DNA from: Acidobacteriota bacterium | GTDB taxonomy: Bacteria > Bacteroidota > Ignavibacteria > Ignavibacteriales > SURF-24 | Assembly: GCA_050258415.1 (NCBI GenBank) | Contig: JBLMYS010000361.1 | Coordinates: 1 to 56,380 of the forward strand | Direction: 5' to 3' | Length of the DNA stretch: 56,380 nucleotides | Part shown: one piece after another, positions 1 through 8,900 of the stretch | Layout: every line of letters starts with the position of its first letter | Numbering within the stretch: the stretch's first letter is position 1 | Notes under the pieces: generated by a model | Database searches by the model: none | Told to the model about the DNA's origin: nothing | What the model saw: the letters and a program-made list of their open reading frames with translations, nothing else | Made by a program: the position numbers and the translations under genes

Positions 1-2
1 AG

Positions 3-281
3 GACCTCTGCAGAAAGTACGAGTCCATTTATAACTCCCAGGCAGCAAACGATTATATCTTCTTCCAGTGGGACAGAAACTACATATATGCCAATGAAAA
101 GACGACAAAGAAGTTAAAGCCAAAATTCATGCTCGAATCCAACCAGAGGAATTTTTCCATTCTTGGCAACATGGTGCCATTTAGAATAAAAGGCAATCCA
201 GACTTGATAAAAGTAGGCTATCAGTGCGGATTCGGAAAGCTGAATTATCTCGGGTTCGGGTTTAGTGAATTTCAGGATTAG
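3..281 (+). CDS. cas6: CRISPR-associated endoribonuclease Cas6, C-terminal part (5' end lies outside the window; not in the ORF track)
   Basis: The frame from position 3 reads DLCRKYESIYN...FRIKGNPDLIKVGYQCGFGKLNYLGFGFSEFQD* (TAG 279-281). The C-terminal GhGxxxxxGhG Gly-rich loop is the Cas6 signature. Confidence 0.75.
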   Translation, partial: DLCRKYESIYNSQAANDYIFFQWDRNYIYANEKTTKKLKPKFMLESNQRNFSILGNMVPFRIKGNPDLIKVGYQCGFGKLNYLGFGFSEFQD

Positions 282-313
282 GATAGAAAAGTGCCTGCTT
301 CAGCAGCTGGTAT

Positions 314-955
314 TTAGTTATTCCTGGTGTAGCGTATATTTAAGTAATCCCTGCTGAACTCCAAATGGCTGCTGCTTAAAACCTCAACAAAGCCGTCTAT
401 ATTATCCAGTACTTCGTCAGCCTGTGTAAAAAGTTCGTCCAGCTTTATGACGGAATAATTCAGGAAGCAATATTTTGCCCTGTTTTCATCGAGGGCCTGC
501 TTAAATTCCCCCGTCTTGCTTTTCAGGAACTGCAGACCGCTCCTGCTGACGTTGTACTCCTTTAGCTCCCTGCAGTATCTTTCGGCAAGATTGTATATAG
601 ATACGGCCTTTGCAATCAGGAGGTCCTCATTAGTGCTTAAAAGCTCTTTGCGGCCTATCTTTGAGGCGTTCTTAAGTTCTATGTTTCCCGTGTCTTTACT
701 GAAAGAAGACAAAGCCATCCCTACAGCCGAGAGGATCATTATAAGTTCATCTTTCAGCTTTAAGATTTTCTGGTGCCCGGACTGGAGCTGAAAATTAAAT
801 TCCTGCTGCTTTTTTCTGATGTCTTCTATGATTTTACATAACTTTGAAGTGGAAAAGGAGAGTTCCCTGCTGTGAGCAACAACAGCCCTGTTCTCAACGA
901 GAACCCGGGCTATGGAGTCGTATCTGTTTAATCTGTGCCTTTCAAGAGTTTTCAT
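314..955 (-). CDS. Hypothetical helical protein
   Basis: 213-aa ORF with ATG start and an AG-rich upstream region; no catalytic motif recognised. Confidence 0.6.
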   Translation of the reverse strand: MKTLERHRLNRYDSIARVLVENRAVVAHSRELSFSTSKLCKIIEDIRKKQQEFNFQLQSGHQKILKLKDELIMILSAVGMALSSFSKDTGNIELKNASKIGRKELLSTNEDLLIAKAVSIYNLAERYCRELKEYNVSRSGLQFLKSKTGEFKQALDENRAKYCFLNYSVIKLDELFTQADEVLDNIDGFVEVLSSSHLEFSRDYLNIRYTRNN

Positions 956-1025
956 CCCTTTCTCTTTGTTTCTTTCATCTTACAAATCTCAACGGCTGCT
1001 TAAATGACGGCTATTCTGAGGATTT

Positions 1026-1178
1026 TCAGAAGAATTTTTCCTTTCTGCCCCTGATAAATTCCCTGCTGGCAGTAATTACGCCAAGAATAAGGAGTAAATG
1101 GATTGCACCCCCCAGAGTATAAGAGCTGGTCATCCCAATCAGCCAAAGAAAAAATAGTATAAAGAAATTCCACAACAT
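1026..1178 (-). CDS. Small membrane protein, lmo0937/DUF5670-like (50 aa; not in the ORF track)
   Basis: MLWNFFILFFLWLIGMTSSYTLGGAIHLLLILGVITASREFIRGRKEKFF*. It has the LW..G...YTLGG.IH.LL pattern and an AGGAG RBS just upstream of the ATG. Confidence 0.75.
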   Translation of the reverse strand: MLWNFFILFFLWLIGMTSSYTLGGAIHLLLILGVITASREFIRGRKEKFF

Positions 1179-1288
1179 AGTTTGCTCCTGTTTCATAATA
1201 TCAAAAACTTAAACTCATCAATTACAGATGTAACAAAATAGCCTATTTAAGTCCTCATCGGTATAGGTATGTTTCTGAAAGTTTTGTA

Positions 1289-1314
1289 GGTGTTTTGCCT
1301 ACAGGCAAAACGCC
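1289..1314. terminator. Inverted repeat directly downstream of the dnaE' stop codon (terminator-like or protein-binding site)
   Basis: GGTGTTTTGCCT-AC-AGGCAAAACGCC. There is no clear U-tract on the minus strand. Confidence 0.4.
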
Positions 1315-1315
1315 C

Positions 1316-2980
1316 TTATTTATGTGTGTTTATGCTGAAAACCCGTGGTGCAGCCTGAGGGGAGTCTGTGCGGCTGCCGTTTATTCTTAAAAGTGTGTCT
1401 TTGAGCACTCCAAGTGAACGCTGGCTTAAAAGATCAATTTTTACGAGCCCCATCTCCTCTATCGAATACATGTCCGGCTGCGTAATTATGAGCCCCAGCC
1501 CTTTATTCTTTGCATATTCAAGAGCCACATAGTTCGTAATAGGCCGGGCCGTTATGACAATACCGCTCGGGTGGACGCTTAAGTGCCGGGGAAAATCTGC
1601 CAGGCGCACGGCAATACGGATTATGGAGCGCCATGGTTCAGAGTTGAAATCCAGGGACTTTGTTTCAGGAAATTTCTCTGCAATATTCATGAGGTTCTGC
1701 GCGCCTGTCCATGGTATGAATTTACTATAGCGTGAGATCTCCTCGCTGGAAATGCCGAAGGCTTTTGCTACTTCCCTGAAAGCAGAGCGGGCCCTGAATG
1801 TTACGGTAGTGGAAATCATTGCCACATTGCCGTAGCCGTACTTTTCATAGATATATTTTACGATCTGGTCTCTTTCCTGCCAGGAAAAATCGAGATCCAC
1901 GTCAGGGGGGCTTTTACGCCCGCGGTTTAAGAATCTTTCAAAATAAAAGTTGTGATAAAGGGGGTCCACCTGTGTAAAATCCAGGCAGTAGGATACAAGG
2001 CTGTTGGCAGCAGAGCCGCGTCCGATAGAGACCATACCTCTTTTACGCGCCTCCCTTATTATGTCCCAGATAATGAGGAAGTAATCTGTGTAGTTTAATT
2101 CCTCAATAACCTCCAGTTCATGCTGAAGCCTCTTTATGGCTTTTTCCGTAATAGGCTTATATTTTTCCTCAAGACCGCGGAAGGCAACCTTCCAGAGATA
2201 TGAGAATGCGGTTTCTCCCTCGGGAAGAGAAAACACCGGGAATTTCTGAGTCCCCAGTTCAAGCTCCACATTGCAGCCTCTTACAATCTGCTCAATGTTC
2301 CACAGCGCCTCGGGCAGAGCCTTCCACAGTATTTTCATTTCATCTGCGGATTTCAAACAGTATTCCTCATCGGCTAAACTTTCCACGGGAAGATTATGCA
2401 GAGTGGAATTTAACCTTATGGCCGAAACAACCCTGTGCAGGAGATAATCTTCCGGTTTCAAAAAGTAAGACGGGTGCGAAGCCACAACCTGAAGGGCGTT
2501 AGCCCGGGCAAAATCGTACAAAGCTCTTGTTTTTTTCTTATGCCTGTCGGTTACAATAAGTTCAGCAAAGATGTTTTCTTTCCAGCATCTGCAGCCCTTA
2601 ATCTTATTAAGTAGCTTCAGGGAGGAGGAAATGACGTATAAATTATTCAGGTCAGTACGGAATACATCTTCAAGGCAGAAATCCTCCTTCAGGTTTCTTG
2701 CCGTAATAAGTCTGCAGAGCTGCGAATATCCCTCATTATTTCTTGCAATAAAAATCGCGTTGATATCCGGATCATTTGGATCATCAATCGATGCCCCCAG
2801 TATCGGCTTAAGGTTTTCAGCAAGAGCCTTCTTTGCAAACTTTATGAGTCCGTACATATTATTCCTGTCTGCAAGGGCCGCATAAGTGCTTCCTGAGGCC
2901 TTTGCGTGCGCAATAAGCTCGTCCGGGGATATTGTACCCTGAAGAATGGAATAGTATGAATGATTATGAAGAGACAACAT
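1316..2980 (-). CDS. dnaE: C-family DNA polymerase (DnaE/DnaE2-like), N-terminal half only: PHP, palm and thumb
   Basis: HNHSYYS (PHP), GRGSAANSLV, FERFLN, PDVDLDF, HPSGIVI and KIDLL are present. The ORF ends ~38 aa after the third catalytic Asp, with no fingers, HhH or OB domain. Confidence 0.85.
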   Translation of the reverse strand: MLSLHNHSYYSILQGTISPDELIAHAKASGSTYAALADRNNMYGLIKFAKKALAENLKPILGASIDDPNDPDINAIFIARNNEGYSQLCRLITARNLKEDFCLEDVFRTDLNNLYVISSSLKLLNKIKGCRCWKENIFAELIVTDRHKKKTRALYDFARANALQVVASHPSYFLKPEDYLLHRVVSAIRLNSTLHNLPVESLADEEYCLKSADEMKILWKALPEALWNIEQIVRGCNVELELGTQKFPVFSLPEGETAFSYLWKVAFRGLEEKYKPITEKAIKRLQHELEVIEELNYTDYFLIIWDIIREARKRGMVSIGRGSAANSLVSYCLDFTQVDPLYHNFYFERFLNRGRKSPPDVDLDFSWQERDQIVKYIYEKYGYGNVAMISTTVTFRARSAFREVAKAFGISSEEISRYSKFIPWTGAQNLMNIAEKFPETKSLDFNSEPWRSIIRIAVRLADFPRHLSVHPSGIVITARPITNYVALEYAKNKGLGLIITQPDMYSIEEMGLVKIDLLSQRSLGVLKDTLLRINGSRTDSPQAAPRVFSINTHK

Positions 2981-3042
2981 CAGAACTCATTTCCCCAAAA
3001 AGTTTGCCAAAAAAGTATTTCCGGAAAAAAGCATTTCCCGTA

Positions 3043-4185
3043 TCAGTTTTTCCCGATAGCAAGGGCTGTATAGCCGTATTTATCCCTGAGCTCATTAACA
3101 GCGCTCAGCATTCTTTTTCTTCTTGAGACCTCAGCATCAAAAAGGCTTTCCTGCCCGGCAGCTTCGCAGAAATTGCTCAGGTGAATGCCTATTAGTCTTA
3201 CTGCAACTCTTCTCTGGCAGGCTTTTGTAAAAAGGTCCAGCGCCGTCTTATAGATCACCTGGTCGTCATCGGTTGGAAGGATAGTTTTTGATCTTACAAC
3301 GGTATTAAAATCGGAGTAGCGGAGTTTAATGCTGACGGTGGAAGTCTGCCAGTTATTGTTGCGGAGCAAATGGCAGACCTGCCCGTTGAGGTCGAAGAGG
3401 ACCTTCTCCACTTTTTTCCTATCCGAGACATCCTCGCTGAATGTATTTTCTTTTGATATGCTTTTTCTTTCTGATGCAACCGTAAGGCAGTCGTTCCCCC
3501 CTCCGTTGGCCTTGTTCCACAGATCAAGCCCGTGCTTGCCGAAAGCTGTCGTCAGGTAGTCCGCCGAAAGCTTTGCAATGTCGCCCACTTTATAGAATCC
3601 CTTGCTGTTAAGCTCTCTGAGCGTAACTTTACCAACCCCGGGCAGAGCCTCAACAGGCATACGTCTTAAGAATTCCTTCTCCATTCCGGGCACTACGAAA
3701 GTGATTCCGCGGGGCTTCATAAAATCCGAGGCAACCTTGGCAATCGTTTTATTGGTTCCTATTCCGATTGAGCACGGAAGTGAAAGCTCACTTAAGACCT
3801 TCTCCTGAAGGAGTCTTGCAAGCACGAGGGGAGGCCCGAATGTCTTTTCGCATCCGGTAAAATCCATGTAGAATTCATCTACGGAAGCCTGCTCAATAAG
3901 GGGCGCGTAATTCTCCAGGAGCCTTTTTACTGCCCTGGAATAATTGGTGTACTCCTGATGATGCCCGTGGAGGTAAATTCCCGCCGGGCAAAGCCTGAAT
4001 GCATCGCGTATAGGCATGGCCGAATGCAGGCCGTAGCGCCTTGCCTCGTAGGAGCAGGCGGCAACAACTCCCCTTCCATGCGGGTCACCCCCGACTATAA
4101 CGGGCTTCCCTTCCAAAGAGGGGTCGAGTATGCGTTCGACCGATATGAAGAATGCATCCAGGTCCAGGTGAAATATTGTGCGCAT
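3043..4185 (-). CDS. dinB: DNA polymerase IV (Y family)
   Basis: HLDLDAFF, CSYEAR, SVDE and KPRG motifs are intact; C-terminal QESLF resembles a beta-clamp-binding motif. Confidence 0.93.
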   Translation of the reverse strand: MRTIFHLDLDAFFISVERILDPSLEGKPVIVGGDPHGRGVVAACSYEARRYGLHSAMPIRDAFRLCPAGIYLHGHHQEYTNYSRAVKRLLENYAPLIEQASVDEFYMDFTGCEKTFGPPLVLARLLQEKVLSELSLPCSIGIGTNKTIAKVASDFMKPRGITFVVPGMEKEFLRRMPVEALPGVGKVTLRELNSKGFYKVGDIAKLSADYLTTAFGKHGLDLWNKANGGGNDCLTVASERKSISKENTFSEDVSDRKKVEKVLFDLNGQVCHLLRNNNWQTSTVSIKLRYSDFNTVVRSKTILPTDDDQVIYKTALDLFTKACQRRVAVRLIGIHLSNFCEAAGQESLFDAEVSRRKRMLSAVNELRDKYGYTALAIGKN

Positions 4186-4189
4186 TTTC

Positions 4190-5077
4190 TCAGCCTGCCA
4201 GAGCTATTGGAGAGAGCCTCGGGAAAGCCTTCAGGGCATTCAGAGGCACCGTAATTTTATTCCTTCCTCTTAGCATGTGCATCATTTCAAAAGCATTCAC
4301 AATCCCGTAAGTACTGGGATGGTTATTCATTACAACGTAAATATCCTTCACACTCTCATAGATCTCTTTTATCTTGCTTTCAATTTCCACCAGCTCGCCT
4401 GGCGAATAAAGATACTTATACCTTTCACTTGCCTGCTCATAGGTCTGGTCTTTCCCGTAATTATGCACGGACTGTTTCCATGCTTCCACATTGCGTCCGT
4501 GGAAACGGAAGTATGCACGGCTATTGGTAATGACGGGTTCAAAAGGAACTGAGCGCCCGAGCTGGGGCTGGTCTATTGTGCAAAGCGATATATCCAGCTC
4601 ATGCAAAAATTTATATGCCTCCTGATTGTTCCATGAGGAATGCCTTACTTCCACAAAGCGGTTATAGCCTCCGAAGATGTCGTTTAAGAGCCTTACGTGT
4701 TCAAGTGCCGCAGAGTTAAAGGCAAATGAATAAGGGAATTGTATTAAAAGCCCTCCCAGGCGCCCGGCGTTGGCAAGAATATCCAGGTTCGTCTGAACGG
4801 CTTTAACGTTTGCCCCTTCAAACTTCCTAGCGTGCGTAAAATCCTGGTGCAGCTTTACGGTAAAAAGGAAGTTATCGGCTTTCTCAACCTTCTCCACCCA
4901 CCCTGTGGCCGCTTTGGGGCTCAGGTAAGCATAGTAGCTTGCATTGACCTCAACCATATTGAAATACCGGCTGTAGAACTCCAGCCAGTCAAAGCCTCCC
5001 GACTGTCCTTTCGGGTAGAAGTTCGGTACCCAATCTTTGTATGACCATCCGGCTGTTCCTATGTATGTATCTGGCAT
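4190..5077 (-). CDS. DUF72 (YecE-like) protein
   Basis: IGTAGWSY.DW...FYP, VEVNASYY, FTVKL...FTH, LIQFP, EVRH.SW and YFRFHGRN motifs. Confidence 0.88.
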   Translation of the reverse strand: MPDTYIGTAGWSYKDWVPNFYPKGQSGGFDWLEFYSRYFNMVEVNASYYAYLSPKAATGWVEKVEKADNFLFTVKLHQDFTHARKFEGANVKAVQTNLDILANAGRLGGLLIQFPYSFAFNSAALEHVRLLNDIFGGYNRFVEVRHSSWNNQEAYKFLHELDISLCTIDQPQLGRSVPFEPVITNSRAYFRFHGRNVEAWKQSVHNYGKDQTYEQASERYKYLYSPGELVEIESKIKEIYESVKDIYVVMNNHPSTYGIVNAFEMMHMLRGRNKITVPLNALKAFPRLSPIALAG

Positions 5078-5093
5078 CAGATGTTCTCCTTAT

Positions 5094-5717
5094 TCATGCT
5101 GTCTTCCTTTCCATGCTTCTGTAGACCCCCACTACCACGCCCGAGACCTTAAAGACGTGGCTTTTCTTTTCGACAATTATAGGGGCATATTCAGGATTTT
5201 CCGAATGTAGCTCAATGTGGTCACTTTTCTTGTAAAACCTTTTTACCACGGCGGCGCCGTCTAAAATGGCAACCACAAAGTGCCCGTTAGCAGGAGTTAT
5301 ATTTGGGTTAACTATAACATAGTCTCCGCTGAAGATATAGGCATCCTTAAGGCTGTCTCCTTTTACGCGCAGGAGAAATGAGTCCCTGGGCATCCTTGCA
5401 ATTGTAGGGAGCTCCACCGTATCTATGGCATCGGGATATATTGTAAGGGGGTTGCCGGCTGCAACTTCTCCCAGCACGGGCCTGGGCACAAAATACTTGT
5501 CCTCAAGGGTTATTTCTATTGAACGGGAGAGCCTGGGATTTCTTTTTATGTACCCTTTTTTCTCAAGGGCCCCAAGGTGCTGTTGGACTGTAGCCCGGTT
5601 TTTGTAGCCGAACTTTCCGGCAATTTCTGCCAGCGTGGGCACTATTGCCCTCGTGGTCCTCTCTTCTATAAGGAAATCGAGTATCTTCTTCTGAATTTCT
5701 GTCAGACTATGCGGCAT
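5094..5717 (-). CDS. lexA: SOS repressor LexA
   Basis: N-terminal winged HTH (PTLAEIA...HLGALEKKGYI), VAAG cleavage site, catalytic Ser (GDSL) and Lys (VKR). Confidence 0.92.
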   Translation of the reverse strand: MPHSLTEIQKKILDFLIEERTTRAIVPTLAEIAGKFGYKNRATVQQHLGALEKKGYIKRNPRLSRSIEITLEDKYFVPRPVLGEVAAGNPLTIYPDAIDTVELPTIARMPRDSFLLRVKGDSLKDAYIFSGDYVIVNPNITPANGHFVVAILDGAAVVKRFYKKSDHIELHSENPEYAPIIVEKKSHVFKVSGVVVGVYRSMERKTA

Positions 5718-5784
5718 GACGCTCCCCCTGAAAACTGTATTTATTGAATATAGAAGGATAATGTATGTCTATTTCTATTTATAC

Positions 5785-5814
5785 AACATTACCATACATC
5801 TGTATGGTAATGTT
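5785..5814. promoter_or_regulatory. Candidate LexA operator (perfect inverted repeat)
   Basis: AACATTACCATACA-TC-TGTATGGTAATGTT, 14-bp arms. It overlaps the -10 element and likely TSS of the lexA promoter. Confidence 0.6.
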
Positions 5815-5838
5815 AAAAAAGAAAATATTATTTGTCAA
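5810..5838 (-). promoter_or_regulatory. Sigma70-type promoter of the lexA operon
   Basis: Minus strand TTGACA (5838-5833), 17-nt spacer, TAACAT (5815-5810). The -35 lies within the palindrome TGTCAATATTGACA (5833-5846). Confidence 0.6.
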
Positions 5839-5895
5839 TATTGACAGGTATGTTTCTAAAAGAAAAATGAAATGATCGGCGTGAAATGAAGGGCC

Positions 5896-5916
5896 AACCC
5901 CGCCAGAGGCAGGGTT
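5896..5916 (-). terminator. Possible weak terminator hairpin after the hybrid sensor gene
   Basis: Minus strand AACCCTGCC-TCT-GGCGGGGTT, followed by a pyrimidine-rich stretch. Confidence 0.35.
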
Positions 5917-5978
5917 TATGAAATTTAGGATTTGTAAATTTTAGGTTTATGAAATTTTGATAGTTGTGAAGTTTTAGT

Positions 5979-8900
5979 TCAGATAATCTTTTCCAATGTT
6001 TCCATAACCTTGTCGCGCATAACCGGTTTGGAGATAAAGCCGTTAAACCCGGCTGCAATAAACTTCTCTTTGTCACCGGCAAGGATATATGCAGTAACGG
6101 CAATAACGGGAACGTTACGGTATCCGGGCAGGCGGCGGATTATCCTTAAGGCATCCAGGCCGTTATATTCCCCCTGAAGGTTGATGTCCATAACAATAAA
6201 ATCATATCTATTCTCTTCAAGCAATGGCAGGGCAGCCTCAAAGCTGGCCACTGAATCCACATGCTTAAGGTCTTTCATCTGTACCCTGAAGAGTATCTGT
6301 GAATCAACCTGGTCCTCAACATACAGGCACTGCAGGCGTGAAAGATCAATTCCGGATGTCCTTGAATGCGGCTTTTCTTCTGCTCTGGCCCTGGGTGCAG
6401 TAGCAGTGCCCGGGAAGGCTTCCTTTATATCAGGATCAAACACCTTAACCGGTTCATCCTGCTTAAGAGCCTCTTCGAGACCATCTGTAATTTCACCCTC
6501 TTCAATTATATCCATATCCTCTTCTTCAACTGAAGAAACGTGTGGGGTATATTCTCTTTTGCCGGTCTTATCCTGCCTGAAATTCTCTTCCGGATCCGCG
6601 CTTTGAAAATCCTGTGTTTCATCACCTTTATTATCCGGCTTTTTATAAACGAGCGGAAAGAGGAATCCGAATTCAGAAGGCTCATTGGACCTTTTTACTA
6701 CTTCGACTTTTCCCAAAAGCAGTCCGAGCAGGCGGCGTACCAGGCGGATGGTGAGTTTAGAGACTCCGAAATCCTTCTTAATATTTTGTTCCTCAGAGGT
6801 AAAAAGCTCAGCTATGTTTTCCAGGAGATATAGAGAAATGGAGTTTCTTCTGTCTTTTAAGCTTATCAGGCAGTATTGGTCGTCGTACTGGTAGGCAGAG
6901 ATAAAAATACTCCCTTCCTTTGTTATACGCATAGCCATTTTAATAAACATCGCCAGGAAGGATTCCATGCGGTGCCTGTCGGTCTCAAAGTTCAGCGAAG
7001 TAGAGATCTTTCCGTAGTTGAACATAATTTTGTTTTCCGACATTATACGGCTTAAATCCTTCTGAAGATCGTCCACAATCTCTGTAAAGAAAACCCTCTG
7101 CGCATTAACTTCTACCCTGTTCTGTTCAATATGCGAATACTCCAGAACGGAATCCATGGTCTGCATAAGAAGAGTTCTGTTCTGGTTAATAATATCTATC
7201 GACTCCTTCTGTTCCGCTGTGGGTGATTCAATATTTTCAGTCAGCTCCTGAATAAATCCAAGTATCACGTTCATCGGCGTCAGGATCTCATGGAACATGC
7301 TCGACAAAAATCCCGGATCAATGCTGCTATGAGGCTTTTTCATTAAAGCATCCTCTGCGCACTCCGGCTTCGTATTATCTCCCGTATAATAGATTTCGGC
7401 TTCCCTGCCCTTAGCGGTTTGTTTTGTTCTTACAACCACGCTAAATGAGCTCACCTGTTCATCGTAGTCAAATACAGGAATTGCAACAAGGCTTACCTCC
7501 AGAAGAGAGCCGTCGGACTTTTTAAGTTCTGCATCAAGGCTAACCGGCTTTTGGGCTTTTGAATAGAAAATTGAAGTGTTTATTTCCGCCCTGTAGCTGT
7601 CGGTAGCCAGCGTGAGGAATGGACGCATATCCAGTTCAGCCCTGGAATATCCCAGAACCTTCGTAACCGAATCATTGACTTTGGTTATAAAGCCTTCAGG
7701 ATCGGTAATAAAAATGAGGTCGCTTATATTATTAAATGCAGCATTAAAGAACTGGGAATTTTTCTCAAGCTCTGCTTTCTGCGTTACATCTCTTACGATA
7801 TTGAAGTGGGCTCTTTTCCCCTGGTAATCGAATGTGGAGCGGCTAATTTCAACCAGGAGAGATGACCCGTCTTTTTTTCTGTGCCTCCAGGGACCGGTAA
7901 AGACCCCCTCTTTATTGCGGGAACTGGAAGTATCCAGAAGTGTCTGAATGTCTTCCGGGGCGTACAAATCCGTCAGATCCATCTGCAGAAATTCATGTCT
8001 GGAATAACCATAGACATGCAGTGCAGCCTGATTTACATCTAAAAAACGCAGGTTTTCGATGTCATAAATAAACATTGGTTCAGGACTTGTTTGCATTAAG
8101 ATTTCGTACATCTTTTCCTTATTCCCTATTGTATTGCTGTTACCTGATTGACTGTGATCCTCTTCAATTAAAAGCAGAAACCCTTCCGGTTTACCCCTGT
8201 AATTATAAATTTTTCTAAAGTGAAAAACAAAAGGAATTACTTTTGTACCAAGTGTAATTTCCTTCTTTAGCTCCAGTTGGTCCAGAGTTGCCTCGCTATC
8301 AAAAAACCTCTCGGCCTCAGACTCCAGCCCCTCGGGCAGATACTGGCTTAAGGGCATTCCTGGATTAAGCCCCGGGATCTTTAAGGCAGCAAGATCACCG
8401 CTTTTACTTTTAATTATTCCGTCTTTATCTGCAATTATTAACATTTTCGGCAGGCACTTAAACGCATTTTCAATGAGCTCTGAATTATTTTCTTTTAGCG
8501 TGTCTGCGTAAAAATTTTTCTGTGAGACGCCCAGTGTAGCAATAACCTTATTATCCAAATCGCACAAAGGAAGTTCAATTATGCGAGATGCCTCACCATT
8601 TAGCTGGTAAAGTGGAAACCCGTTTCTTATTACGGTATTGGCAGTTTCCTTCATATACTTATCAACCGAAAGAAGCATTTCGCTAAAGTGCCTGGGCACA
8701 AAATCCCTTTCGTACTTTCCTTCGACCTGGCTTGGTTTAAGGCCCAGGAACTGTGCAAAAAGGAGGTTGACAAGAATATATCTGCCCCCGGCATCCTTCA
8801 GCCAGAAAAATTCATCCAGCCTGTTAACTTCATTTTGAATTCTGCTTTTGCCCAGAAAAGTAAAAGGGAATGAAGATTTAATCTCATCAAAGATTTTAAT

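Noticed and set aside
1180-1400. Frameshifted or split-intein continuation of dnaE
   Set aside because: Alternative frames stop within ~20 codons, there is no room for the missing domains before the next gene, and there is no intein N-terminal motif.
3043-4185. Calling the Y-family gene imuB
   Set aside because: The catalytic acidic motifs (DLDAFF, SVDE) are intact, which is typical of DinB.
5718-5850. Canonical SOS boxes (CTGT-N8-ACAG, GAAC-N4-GTTC)
   Set aside because: Not found; the CTGT at 5736 has no matching ACAG half-site.
5913-5957. GGTTTATGAAATTT direct repeat
   Set aside because: Short, AT-rich and degenerate, just after a stop codon; no supportable function.
5828-6103. 91-aa minus-strand ORF upstream of lexA
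   Set aside because: Alternate frame overlapping the sensor's 3' end and running through promoter DNA; no protein-like features.
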